From contig CAVSNU010000003.1 in the NCBI GenBank assembly GCA_963729445.1, positions 1,100,816 to 1,164,815 on the forward strand: a stretch of 64,000 nt of DNA. The letters run 5' to 3'. Under the pieces are notes generated by a model that saw only the letters and a list, made by a program, of their open reading frames with translations, did no database searches and had not been told where the DNA came from. Shown here one piece after another: positions 1-9,182 of this stretch. This DNA comes from an uncultured Chloroflexia bacterium. Its GTDB lineage: Bacteria > Chloroflexota > Chloroflexia > Thermomicrobiales > CFX8. Both the position numbers and the translations under genes were made by a program. Positions within the stretch are counted from its first letter, which is position 1. The number at the start of each line of letters is the position of its first letter.

Positions 1-875
1 CAGCCCCGCGCTGCCATGCGGATCGGGACACACTTGCCCTGCACGCCGTGCGTCTGGGCGGCACTTACCATCGCCTGGCCGATGTGCTCTTCTTCCGCAG
101 GCTGCGCAAACGCCAGCACCGTCGGGCCGGCTCCGGAGAGACACGCACCCAGCGCACCGGCAGCAATTGACGCCTCAATAACCGGCGCGAGGTGGGGGAA
201 GAGCACCTCCCGGTAGGGCTGGTGGAGACGATCGTGCATCGACTCGCGCAAGAGATCCTCGCGCTGCTCCCGCAAGGCCAGAGCCAGCAACGCGCTCCGG
301 CTGATATTGGCAACGGCGTCCCCCAGCGGAATGTGCGTCGGCAACACCGCCCGCGCAGCATGGGTAAAGGCGGCTGAGTCCGGGATAAAGAGCACCGGCG
401 ACCAGGGCATACTCGAGGTCAGCGCCTCGGCAATGAACCCCTCGCCGGCCGGCGTCGCCACGGTGACGCCACCCAGCACCGCGGCCGACACGTTATCGGC
501 GTGGCCTTCCATCCCGCCAGCGATATCGATGATCGTCCGGTTCGAGAGCTCGCCGCCGGCCAGCACGCCGGCCACCTGAACACCGGCCACGATGGCCGCC
601 GCCGAGGAACCTAACCCCCTGGCGATGGGAATGTCACTCGTCACGCGCACTTCGCAACCCGGCAGGCTGATCCCGAGATGGTTGGCGGTGACACGCATGG
701 CGTCGAGCATCAGATTCCCGCCGCCGAGCAGGTCCGGCGAACCGGCGTCGACGATGTCGCTCCCACCGGACACCTGCACGTCGACGCGCGTCCAGAGGTC
801 AAGGGCAATCGCCAGGCAGTCGAACCCCGGCCCCAGATTCGCCGACGATGCCGGGGCCAGCACGCTAAAGAACAT
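1..875 (-). CDS. thrB: homoserine kinase, partial (C-terminus lies beyond window start)
   Basis: My own minus-strand translation from the ATG at 875 gives MFFSVLAPASSANLGPGFDCLAIALDLW...SDIPIARGLGSSAAAIVAG (GHMP kinase motif)...CLSGAGPTVLAF. The frame stays open to the window edge, so it is absent from the ORF track. The ATG overlaps the thrC stop (ATGTTCTTTAG). Confidence 0.85.
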   Translation of the reverse strand, partial: MFFSVLAPASSANLGPGFDCLAIALDLWTRVDVQVSGGSDIVDAGSPDLLGGGNLMLDAMRVTANHLGISLPGCEVRVTSDIPIARGLGSSAAAIVAGVQVAGVLAGGELSNRTIIDIAGGMEGHADNVSAAVLGGVTVATPAGEGFIAEALTSSMPWSPVLFIPDSAAFTHAARAVLPTHIPLGDAVANISRSALLALALREQREDLLRESMHDRLHQPYREVLFPHLAPVIEASIAAGALGACLSGAGPTVLAFAQPAEEEHIGQAMVSAAQTHGVQGKCVPIRMAARG

Positions 876-2115
876 CGGCCATGACCCGGTCCAGCGCGTC
901 GAGTGTCGCATCGATCACGATCGGCCGGTTCGCGCCCGGCAGCGCTTCGTCGCCCAGGTGGTAGGAGACGACGGCATCGCTGTCCTTCAGCAGATGACCG
1001 GTCAGATAGGTCAGCACGCGCTCGCCCGGCTGGATCGTGCCCTCGTTGACCAGCCGCTTGATACCGGCCAGTCCCGCAGCGGAAGCCGGCTCGCACCCGA
1101 TGCCGACTCGGTCAATCAGCGCCTTGGCCGCCATGATCTCGCGATCGCAGACCGCTGTCACCACACCCTCGGTGTCGCGGATCACTTCTCGCGCTTTGGT
1201 GTAGTTGACGGGATCACCGATGCGAATGGCGCTCGCGACGGTGTCGGCAGAGGTCGGTGTGTAGTTCTCAAACTTCGTCTGGTACGCGGTATAGAAGGGA
1301 GAGGCGCCCTCGGCTTGTACCACGGCCACCCGCGGCATGACGTCGATCAGACCTGCCGCCAGGCTCTCTTTCAGGACCTTGCCGAGCGCGCTGGTGTTGC
1401 CCAGATTACCCCCTGGCACGACGACCCAGTCGGGCGTCTGCCACTTGAGCTGCTGGAGCGCTTCAAGAAAGATCGACTTCTGGCCTTCCAGACGGAACGG
1501 GTTGAGCGAGTTCAGCAGATACAGCCCGTAACGGGCAGAAGCCTCACGCACCATACCCATGGCAGCATCGAAATCTCCGCGGACCTGAATGATCTTCGCG
1601 CCGTAGGCGATGGTCTGCGAGAGTTTGGCGATCGTAACTTTGCCCTCGGGGATGAAGACGACCGACGGAAGGCCGGCGCTGGCGGCGTAGGCCGCGACGG
1701 ATGCGCTGGTGTTGCCGGTCGAGGCGCAGGCAACGACGTTCGCCCCGATCCAGCGGGCATGGCTCACGCCGACCGTCATGCCGCGATCCTTGAAGGAGCC
1801 GCTCGGGTTCTCACCCTCATGCTTGAACCAGACATCCACGCCGGCCTCGTCGCTCAACGCCTGCTCGTAGTAGAGATTGGTGTTGCCCTCCGGCTTTGAG
1901 ACGATCGCCTCATCCGGGAAGCTCGGCATCAGCTCGCGATAGCGCCAGACACCCGAGCGCAACGGATGGTCGAGCGCTCCCAGCCGCGCGTCCAGCGTCT
2001 CCCGGGTGATCGTTACCGGGTCCAGCTCGACCTCCAGCAACCCACCTTGGCTATCACTCATCCGCAGCTCATCAGCCGGGAACGTCTCCCCGTTCGAGAT
2101 CGATCGCAGTCTCAC
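865..2115 (-). CDS. thrC: threonine synthase
   Basis: The 442-aa ORF has the PLP-fold motif HEGENPSGSFKDRG and full-length ThrC-like sequence. I prefer the GTG start at 2115, preceded by GGAGGAG; the ORF-track TTG at 2193 has no SD and abuts a repeat. Confidence 0.9.
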   Translation of the reverse strand: MRLRSISNGETFPADELRMSDSQGGLLEVELDPVTITRETLDARLGALDHPLRSGVWRYRELMPSFPDEAIVSKPEGNTNLYYEQALSDEAGVDVWFKHEGENPSGSFKDRGMTVGVSHARWIGANVVACASTGNTSASVAAYAASAGLPSVVFIPEGKVTIAKLSQTIAYGAKIIQVRGDFDAAMGMVREASARYGLYLLNSLNPFRLEGQKSIFLEALQQLKWQTPDWVVVPGGNLGNTSALGKVLKESLAAGLIDVMPRVAVVQAEGASPFYTAYQTKFENYTPTSADTVASAIRIGDPVNYTKAREVIRDTEGVVTAVCDREIMAAKALIDRVGIGCEPASAAGLAGIKRLVNEGTIQPGERVLTYLTGHLLKDSDAVVSYHLGDEALPGANRPIVIDATLDALDRVMADVL

Positions 2116-2197
2116 TACTCCTCCAACTCCCCTGGCACTCCATCTCAGGCGTCCGCTCTGCGCAAGGATCACAACACGTTCGTAGCGACACAATTAT

Positions 2198-2310
2198 GAG
2201 TTTGTCCTGATTGATCCGCTCATTAGGAACGCGTAGCGGCGCAATTCATTACGCCCTCTCCGGCGCCCGAGCGGCCAAGCAAGGCGCAATGAATTGCGCC
2301 GCTACGCAGA
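2198..2310. repeat. type A double-hairpin repeat (GTAGSGGCGCAATTCATTRCGCCC ... GGCGCAATGAATTGCGCCSCTAC), copy 1
   Basis: It has two inverted copies of a self-complementary GGGCGCAA-TKMA-TTGCGCCC hairpin. It shares the left flank GAGTTTGTCCTGATTGATC with the copy at 32819. Related copies lie at 17215, 32819 and 49962/50157. Confidence 0.8.
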
Positions 2311-2470
2311 CGAGGGCCGCTTCCCATGATCGGAGCTCGTAGTCTACGGCCATCACTCATTGCGCCCATACGCTGAAAAAAAGGTGTCCCCCTCATTCAT
2401 CGGATGAAGCCGGACAATCTCACGATGATCCTCCGTCCGGCCACGCCCTGCTCTTCGCAGCATTGTGCCA

Positions 2471-2514
2471 GACAGGACAAAGGCCCGCTGCTCTCGGCGG
2501 GCCTTTGTCCTGTC
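2471..2514 (-). terminator. 18-bp perfect hairpin downstream of the permease operon
   Basis: GACAGGACAAAGGCCCGC (2471-2488) pairs perfectly with GCGGGCCTTTGTCCTGTC (2497-2514) around an 8-nt loop. It lies 20 nt past the stop at 2535. There is no clear T-tract. Confidence 0.55.
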
Positions 2515-2534
2515 TGTTGCAAAGCAGCAACGAT

Positions 2535-3521
2535 TTACATCGTCCGGCGCGGGTCGAATGCGTCTCGCAGGCCGTCACCGATGTAGTTGATCGACAACAC
2601 TGCCAGGAAGATCGCCAGACCTGGGAAGATCACAAACCAGGCCGCGAAGTCCATGTAGTTCCGGCCGTCAAACAGCAGCCGGCCCCAGGTCGGAGAATCC
2701 GGCGGGAACCCGAGACCCAGGAAGGACAGCGACGACTCGGTAATGATCGCGCTACCAATACCAATCGTCGCGGCCACGATAACCGGACCGATCGTGTTGG
2801 GCAGGATGTGCCGGAAGATGATCGACGAGCGCGATGCCCCGATGCAGTATGCGGCCTCGATAAACTCCTTCTCCTTCACAGAGAGGAACGAAGCACGCAC
2901 CAGCCGGGCCACGGGCATCCAGCTGAGCACACCAATCAATCCAACGACCAGGATGAACGGTCCAAGCGTTTGGCCAAATCTGTCAATCAGCGAGTCTTTG
3001 AACAGGTAGCTGCACAGCAGCAGCAGCGGGAGAATCGGCAGCGAGATCGCCATGTCGGTAAAGCGCATCAGTGACGAATCGATGATGCCGCCAAAGAAAC
3101 CGGACGCGGCGCCAATGAGGGTGCCGAGCGAGATCGCGATCACGACCGCCACGATACCCACCGAGAGTGACACCCGGCCACCCCAGAAGACGCGCGCCAT
3201 GATGTCGCGCCCCAGGTCGTCGGTGCCAAACGGATGATCCAGCGATGGCCCCTTCGTGGACATGGTGAAATCAATCTCCGTCTGACCCCATACAAACGGT
3301 CCCAGGGCCGTAAGGAGTATCAACGTCCCCATCACGAATGTGCCGAGCAACGCCAACCTGTGCCTGCGAAAGGTGCGCCAGGCGTCGCTCCACAACGAGC
3401 GCGACTTCTTGGACGCCAGGCTCCCCATCGCCGTTGTCGGGCTGGCTGCTGGCTGCTGGGTTCGTGTTTCGCTTGCTTCTGCCACTCTACTATTCCTAAT
3501 CCTTCGTCTCAGCTGTGACAT
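2535..3521 (-). CDS. ABC peptide/nickel-type transporter permease (DppC/OppC family)
   Basis: 328 aa, multi-TM, with the binding-protein-dependent transport EAA-type loop KEKEFIEAAYCIGASRSSIIFRHILPN. Confidence 0.9.
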   Translation of the reverse strand: MSQLRRRIRNSRVAEASETRTQQPAASPTTAMGSLASKKSRSLWSDAWRTFRRHRLALLGTFVMGTLILLTALGPFVWGQTEIDFTMSTKGPSLDHPFGTDDLGRDIMARVFWGGRVSLSVGIVAVVIAISLGTLIGAASGFFGGIIDSSLMRFTDMAISLPILPLLLLCSYLFKDSLIDRFGQTLGPFILVVGLIGVLSWMPVARLVRASFLSVKEKEFIEAAYCIGASRSSIIFRHILPNTIGPVIVAATIGIGSAIITESSLSFLGLGFPPDSPTWGRLLFDGRNYMDFAAWFVIFPGLAIFLAVLSINYIGDGLRDAFDPRRTM

Positions 3522-3537
3522 TTACTACAAAATTGTG

Positions 3538-4497
3538 TTAGGAGTACTTGATTCTTGGATCCAACACACCGTAGAGCACATCAGCTATCAGATTGAAAAT
3601 CACAACAAGAATCGAGAACAGGAACGTCAATGTCATCACAACGGGCGTATCGTTGTTTTGGATTGACTCAATGAGCAGCCGGCCGAGCCCTGGAATACTA
3701 AACACCTGCTCTGTAATCACCGCTCCCGTGATAACACCCGGAACCTGAAGCGCAATGATGGTCACCACTGGAATGAGCGCGTTGCGCAGCACGTGCCCGT
3801 TGATGACCTTGGCTTCGCGTAGTCCCTTGGCGCGAGCGGTACGCACATAATCCTGGTGCAGGTTCTCCAGCATCGATGCGCGCACAAACCGGGTCAGCGT
3901 GGCCCCGGAGAACAGGCCAAGTACCATGATCGGCATGATGGACTGCTTGAGCTGGGCAATGATCAGATCACCCCCAGTCTCGGTTAAGGTCGTTCTATAG
4001 ATCGACGGTAACCAGCCCAAATTGACGCTAAATAATAATATGAGCAGTAGTCCCGAGAAGAAGGTGGGGATCGAGAACCCGAAGAAGGCCATCGTCGTGG
4101 AAACCTGGTCGAAGAGTGAATATTGCTTGACGGCTGACAGGACCCCGATTGGAATGGCGATCAGAACACCAAGGATGAGCGCCGTGCCACTGATCCAGAG
4201 CGTGGTGGGCAGGCGTTGCTTGAGGGAATCGATGACGGGGGCGCGCGTCCGGAACGAGACGCCAAAACTCCCGGTTGCCATTTCGCGGAACCACTTGCCA
4301 TACCGCACCGGGATCGGGTCATCCAGGCCAAGGTCTGCGCGTAGCTTCTGTCTCAGCTCAATCGGCACCGCGTCATTCAAGGCAAGGTCTGACAGCGGAT
4401 CACCCGGCGCGAGCGCAAGAATAGAGAAGATGATCAAGCTGATTGCGAATAACGTCGGAATCGCCGTGAGTAACCGGCGAACGATGTAACGTCCCAT
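3538..4497 (-). CDS. ABC peptide/nickel-type transporter permease (DppB/OppB family)
   Basis: 319 aa. The N-terminus MGRYIVRRLLTAIPTLFAISLIIF is typical of DppB/OppB. The loop is VRTARAKGLREAKVINGHVLRNALIPV. Confidence 0.9.
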   Translation of the reverse strand: MGRYIVRRLLTAIPTLFAISLIIFSILALAPGDPLSDLALNDAVPIELRQKLRADLGLDDPIPVRYGKWFREMATGSFGVSFRTRAPVIDSLKQRLPTTLWISGTALILGVLIAIPIGVLSAVKQYSLFDQVSTTMAFFGFSIPTFFSGLLLILLFSVNLGWLPSIYRTTLTETGGDLIIAQLKQSIMPIMVLGLFSGATLTRFVRASMLENLHQDYVRTARAKGLREAKVINGHVLRNALIPVVTIIALQVPGVITGAVITEQVFSIPGLGRLLIESIQNNDTPVVMTLTFLFSILVVIFNLIADVLYGVLDPRIKYS

Positions 4498-4859
4498 CCC
4501 ACCTGCTTTCGGTCTTCCGGCCGACCAGCCGGACTATACGAAGAATTCTCCCGATAAAGAGGGCAATACAGTTGCACTCTTTTTGGCGTTCCCAGATGCC
4601 ACGGTAGTGAGACTGTTGGTGTCAAGTATTCGCGTTGGTCAGTCTGTTGCGGGGAATCATAGCATTAGAATAAACACTGGGTCCACAACACGCTTCATAC
4701 ATCTCGCTGATGGATCTTCGGTACGCGAATCTGAGACGTGTAACGCTGCGCTCCGAAAGCACGCTGCCGCTCACCCGAATGGCGACGCTGGCCGCGAGTG
4801 AACGGTACCCCGGCCGGATCTCTCCAGCCGGGATACCGCCACGAGTGAAGGGCCGTGAA

Positions 4860-6751
4860 CTACTCGTTCAGGGTCCAGTCCTTGAGCTGCGGCATCGGGT
4901 TGTACTGCCAGATGTAGTTCGTGTGGCCGGCGATGCGATTGCTCTTGGCCGCCTTTGTCGCCGTCCGCACAACGGTCATCTCGACGACGTCCTCCCAGAC
5001 CTTCTCGGTGATCTGGTGGATCAGCTCGACCTGGCGGTCCGGGTCCAGCGTGCCCTTGAGCTCGTCGTGCCACTCATCGATCTCAGGGTTCTGGTAGCGG
5101 GTGTAGTTCTCAAGCGACCAGCTGTTGGCCTTGGCCGCGACAGTGTCCGAGCGCCAGCGCTCGCAGTACGAGATCGGCAGCGGGCTTGACGGACCGGTCG
5201 TGAACATCTCCAGGTCGGCGTAGAAGTGGCTGGTGGTATCGGGGTTGCCGGCGTCACCGGAGAAGTAGACGCTGGCCTCCACCACCTTCAGCTCGACCGT
5301 GAAGCCCAGCTTCTCCCACTCGGCCTTTTGAATCTCCTGGTTGCGCTGGCGCACGGGGCTGTTGGAGGTCTGGAAGAGCAACTCCCCGCCGGTGAAGCCG
5401 GCCTCGTCGAGGAGTGCCTGGGCGGCTTCCGGATCGTACTCGTAGGTGATGTTCGGGCTGTTGTAGATCTCCGGTGCCGGGATGAGCGCGGCTGTTGCCT
5501 CGTCACCCTCGCCATAGAGCTGCTCCTTGATGATGTCCCGCGGGATGGTCAGGTCAAGCGCCTTGCGGATGCGCCGGTCGCTGAGGAGCGGGTGCGTGGT
5601 GCTCGGCTCGGAGAACGCGCCGTCAACCTCGGTACGTTGGGGTCGGCAAAGTTGATCAGAATACGCTCGTAGAACGTACCTGGGGTGATGCTCAGCTCGC
5701 CCTCGCCAGCGTCGACCAGCTGGTTGAGCACCTGCGGCTCGACGACCAGGTTCCAGGCCCAGTCCGCCTCTCCCGTCTGCAGGACGGAGCGAGCGGCGCT
5801 GGCGGCGTCGCCGCCACCCTTCATCTCGACCGAGTCGAAGAAGGGCTTACCCTCTTCCCAATAGTCCATGAAGATCTCGTAGAGCACCACGTCGCCGGGG
5901 CGGAAGTCGACCACCTTGTAGGGGCCGGTGCCGACCGGCATCAGGTTGGCCGGGGCGTTGCGGCCTTCGGCGCCCATGTAGTCCTTGTAGATGTGCTCGG
6001 GCAAGATCAAGCCGTTGTGCCCTCGGAAGGGATCGAACCAGAGTGGATCTGGGGACTTGAAGTTGACCTTCACGGTGTAGTCGTCAACAACCTCGACCGA
6101 GTCTACGTTGATGTATACACCGAGCGTCGTGGCCGAGTTACCCTCGGAGACGATCCAGTCGTAGGTGAACTTGACGTCGTCGGCGGTGAAGTCTTCACCG
6201 TCGTGCCACTTGACGCCCTCGCGGAGCTTCCAGATGACCCAGGTGCCGTCCTCGGCGAGCGTCTCGTTCTCGAGCGACGGATACTCAGTTGCAAGATAGA
6301 AGATGGGGTTGAGATCGTCGTCAAACTCGATCAGCGGCTCAAGGCAGACGCGCGAAGCGTGGTAGTCCTTGGTGCCCTGCGCCAGGTGCGGGTTGATAAT
6401 CGTTGGGGCCTGCCAGTAGATCAGGCGGACCTGACCGCCCCCGCCACGCTGGCCGCCGCCGGAGCCGGCGTCGGCTGGTGTCTCGGTGTCACCACCGTCG
6501 GTTGCTTCCGTGGCATCGCCCTCAGCTTCCGGCTCCGCAGTCGCCTCACTGTCCGAACCCGTGGACGACGGGCTGGTGGGATCAGCGTCTGCTGTTTCCT
6601 CTTCGTCACCGCCACAGGCTGCAAGTAGTCCGGCGATCACCGGAGCACTCAGCCCCAGAGCCATGGCGCGCTTCAATACCAGACGCCGGCTCAGTTGACC
6701 TGCGAGCGCCTCTGCACGCAGTTTGTCGAACCCATTTTGCTCGAAAGACAC
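4860..6751 (-). pseudogene. family-5 solute-binding lipoprotein, disrupted by a 2-bp insertion
   Basis: The ORFs 5549-6751 and 4860-5381 are the N- and C-terminal parts of one SBP collinear with the 652-aa paralog. The N-terminal frame is lost after ADPN. The plus strand reads GGTACGTTGG at 5631-5640 where the paralog has GGTGTTGG. In the shifted frame the sequence continues TEVDGAFSEPSTTHPLLSDRRIRKALDL. Confidence 0.8.
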
Positions 6752-7010
6752 TAATGATCCTCCTTGCCCTTCACGGGCAGCATTGTGCGCGGCAATCGCA
6801 AAATCACCACACGTTCCTTATAGCGAGGGCACCGAGTGCGGTCCGTCCTAACCGAGCGGCGCCACTGTCCAGGAAATCCTTTTTTTGGCCCGGACTCGGT
6901 GATCTTATCCTACGGAGCGAATCATCGCGACAGAAATGCGCAAGACCGGGGCATTTTATTCCGCAAGCCTACATAACGAACAGGTACAGATGCGCTTTAC
7001 GTCAAACAAA

Positions 7011-7050
7011 TGCCCCGCCCGGAGAAGTCCCGGCGGGGCATTGTTACAAG
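7011..7050 (-). terminator. intrinsic terminator after SBP gene 7066-8997
   Basis: On the minus strand, AATGCCCCGCC and GGCGGGGCATT form the stem, followed by TTGTTTG. Confidence 0.6.
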
Positions 7051-7065
7051 GGGTAGAATCCTGAG

Positions 7066-8997
7066 CTACTCGTTCAGGGTCCAGTCCTTGAGCTGCGGCA
7101 TCGGGTTCGACTGCCAGATGTAGTTGGTGTGGCCGGCGATGCGATTGCTCTTTGCCGCCTTGGAGGCCTGGGTAACAACCGTCATCTCGACGATGTCCTC
7201 GCGTACCTTCTCGGTGATCTGGTGGATCAGCTCGACCTGGCGATCCTTATCCAGCGTGCCCTTGAGCTCGTCGTGCCACTCGTCGATCTCAGGGTTCTGG
7301 TAGCGGGTGTAGTTCGAGCCCGACCAGCTGTTGGCCTTGGACGCTACGTCGTCTGACCGCCAGCGCTCGATATAGTTGATCGGCAGCGGGCTGGACGGAC
7401 CGGTGTTGTACATCTCCAGGTCAGCGTAGAAGTGGCTGGTCGTGTCCGGGTTACCAACGTCACCGGAGAAGTAGACGCTGGCCTCCACCACCTTCAGCTC
7501 GACCGTGAAGCCCAGCTTCTCAAGTTCAACCTTGTAAATCTCCTGACAGCGCTGGCGCACCGGGCTGTTGGAGGTCTGGAACACCAGGGTGTAGCCCGTA
7601 AAGCCGGCCTCGTCGACGAGCGCCTGGGCGGCTTCCGGATCGTATTCATAGGTGATGTTCGGGCTGTTGTAAATCTCCGGCGCCGGGATGAGCGCGGCGC
7701 TGGCCTCATCGCCCTCGCCGTAGAGCTGCTCCTTGATGATGTCCCGCGGAAGCACGAGATCCATTGCCTGACGCACGCGCAGGTCGCTAAACACCGGATG
7801 TTGGGTGCTGGGCTCGGAGAACGCGCCGTCAACCTCGGTGTTGGGGTCGGCAAAGTTGACGAGTATGCGCTCATATGAGGCGCCGGGCGTGATGCTCAGC
7901 TCGCCCTCGCCAGCGTCAAGCAGCTGCTTGAGCACCTGCGGCTCGACGACCAGGTTCCAGGCCCAGTCCGCCTCGCCCGTCTGCAGGACGGAGCGAGCCG
8001 CGCCGGCGGCGTCGCCGCCACCCTTCAGCTCGACCGAGTCGAAGAAGGGCTTGCCCTCTTCCCAGTAGTCCATGAAGATCTCATACAGCACGACGTCGCC
8101 GGGGCGGAAGTCGACTACCTTGTAGGGGCCGGTGCCGACCGGCATGAGGTTGGCCGGGGCGTTGCGGCCCTCGGCGCCCATGTAGTCGGCGAACACATGC
8201 TCCGGCAGGATCAAGCCGTTGCTGCCGCGGAAGGGGTCGAACCAGACCGGGTCAGGTGTCTTGAAGTTGATCCGGACAGTGTAATCGTCAACAACCTCGA
8301 CGGAATCAATATTCATGTAGATACCCAGCGTGGTGGCGGAGTTACCTTCAGACGTGATCCAGTCGTAGGTGAACTTGACGTCGTCGGCGGTGAAGTCTTC
8401 GCCGTCGTGCCACTTGACGCCCTCGCGGAGCTTCCATTCGACCCAGGTGCCGTCCTCGGCCAACTGACCGTTCTCAACCGTCGGGTACGGCTCGACGGCC
8501 AGATAGAAGATCGGGTTCAAGTCGTCATCGAGCTCAAAGAGCGGCTCAAGACAGGCACGTGATGCGTGGTAGTCCTTGGTACCTTGTGCGATGTGGGGAT
8601 TGATAATCGTTGGGGCCTGCCAGTAGATCAGGCGGATCTGCCCGCCGCCGCCACGCTGGCCGCCGCCGGAGCCAGCGTCGGCCGGCGTCTCGGCGTCACC
8701 ACCGTCGGTCTCCCCGGTCGCGTCAGCGCCACCGGTTTCTTCAGTGGCGTCACCCCCGGCAGCCGGTTCGGTTGCCTCGTCCTCGGGGGCTTCGGTCGCC
8801 TGGCCGGCGGATGGCGGGCTGGTCGCCTCACTTGCCGCTGGCTCCTCCTCGTCGTCGCCACAGGCGGCGAGCAAGCCGGCAATTACGGGTGCGCTGAGGC
8901 CCAGGGCCATGGCACGCTTCAGCACCATCCGCCGGCTGAGCACTCCCTCAAACACCTCGTCGCGCAGCTGATCGAGTCCAGTCCGTTCCAAAGACAC
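7066..8997 (-). CDS. family-5 ABC solute-binding Tat-lipoprotein (peptide/nickel type)
   Basis: 652-aa ORF. The SRRMVLK twin-arginine motif is followed by the lipobox LLAACG, an acidic low-complexity tether and a full SBP_bac_5-like body. The GTG-TCT start at 8997 follows GAAGGAG and is conserved in the paralogs. Confidence 0.9.
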   Translation of the reverse strand: MSLERTGLDQLRDEVFEGVLSRRMVLKRAMALGLSAPVIAGLLAACGDDEEEPAASEATSPPSAGQATEAPEDEATEPAAGGDATEETGGADATGETDGGDAETPADAGSGGGQRGGGGQIRLIYWQAPTIINPHIAQGTKDYHASRACLEPLFELDDDLNPIFYLAVEPYPTVENGQLAEDGTWVEWKLREGVKWHDGEDFTADDVKFTYDWITSEGNSATTLGIYMNIDSVEVVDDYTVRINFKTPDPVWFDPFRGSNGLILPEHVFADYMGAEGRNAPANLMPVGTGPYKVVDFRPGDVVLYEIFMDYWEEGKPFFDSVELKGGGDAAGAARSVLQTGEADWAWNLVVEPQVLKQLLDAGEGELSITPGASYERILVNFADPNTEVDGAFSEPSTQHPVFSDLRVRQAMDLVLPRDIIKEQLYGEGDEASAALIPAPEIYNSPNITYEYDPEAAQALVDEAGFTGYTLVFQTSNSPVRQRCQEIYKVELEKLGFTVELKVVEASVYFSGDVGNPDTTSHFYADLEMYNTGPSSPLPINYIERWRSDDVASKANSWSGSNYTRYQNPEIDEWHDELKGTLDKDRQVELIHQITEKVREDIVEMTVVTQASKAAKSNRIAGHTNYIWQSNPMPQLKDWTLNE

Positions 8998-9092
8998 GGG
9001 TGCTCCTTCTCTTTCACCCATCATGGACGGAGTACGGCGCAGTGATGCAAAAATCCCCGATAGGGTGATATTGTTTTACAAACCTGCACACT

Positions 9093-9121
9093 AGAGTAGC
9101 TTAGATTGGATTTCGCGTCAA
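9093..9121 (-). promoter_or_regulatory. candidate sigma-70-type promoter for SBP gene 7066-8997
   Basis: The minus strand reads TTGACG, a 17-nt spacer, then TACTCT. The -35 overlaps the tail of the upstream terminator. Confidence 0.35.
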
Positions 9122-9153
9122 ACAAACGGCCCGCCCGGATGTTTCCGGGCGGG
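9118..9153 (-). terminator. intrinsic terminator after SBP gene 9183-11129
   Basis: On the minus strand, CCCGCCCGG, loop AAACAT and CCGGGCGGG are followed by CCGTTTGTTTG. Confidence 0.65.
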
Positions 9154-9182
9154 TCGTTCGATTCGAAACAGAAGAGCAAGGA

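Noticed and set aside
592-1899. 435-aa plus-strand ORF
   Set aside because: It is antisense to thrC. It is Arg/Ala/Gly-rich with no family resemblance, a typical high-GC shadow ORF.
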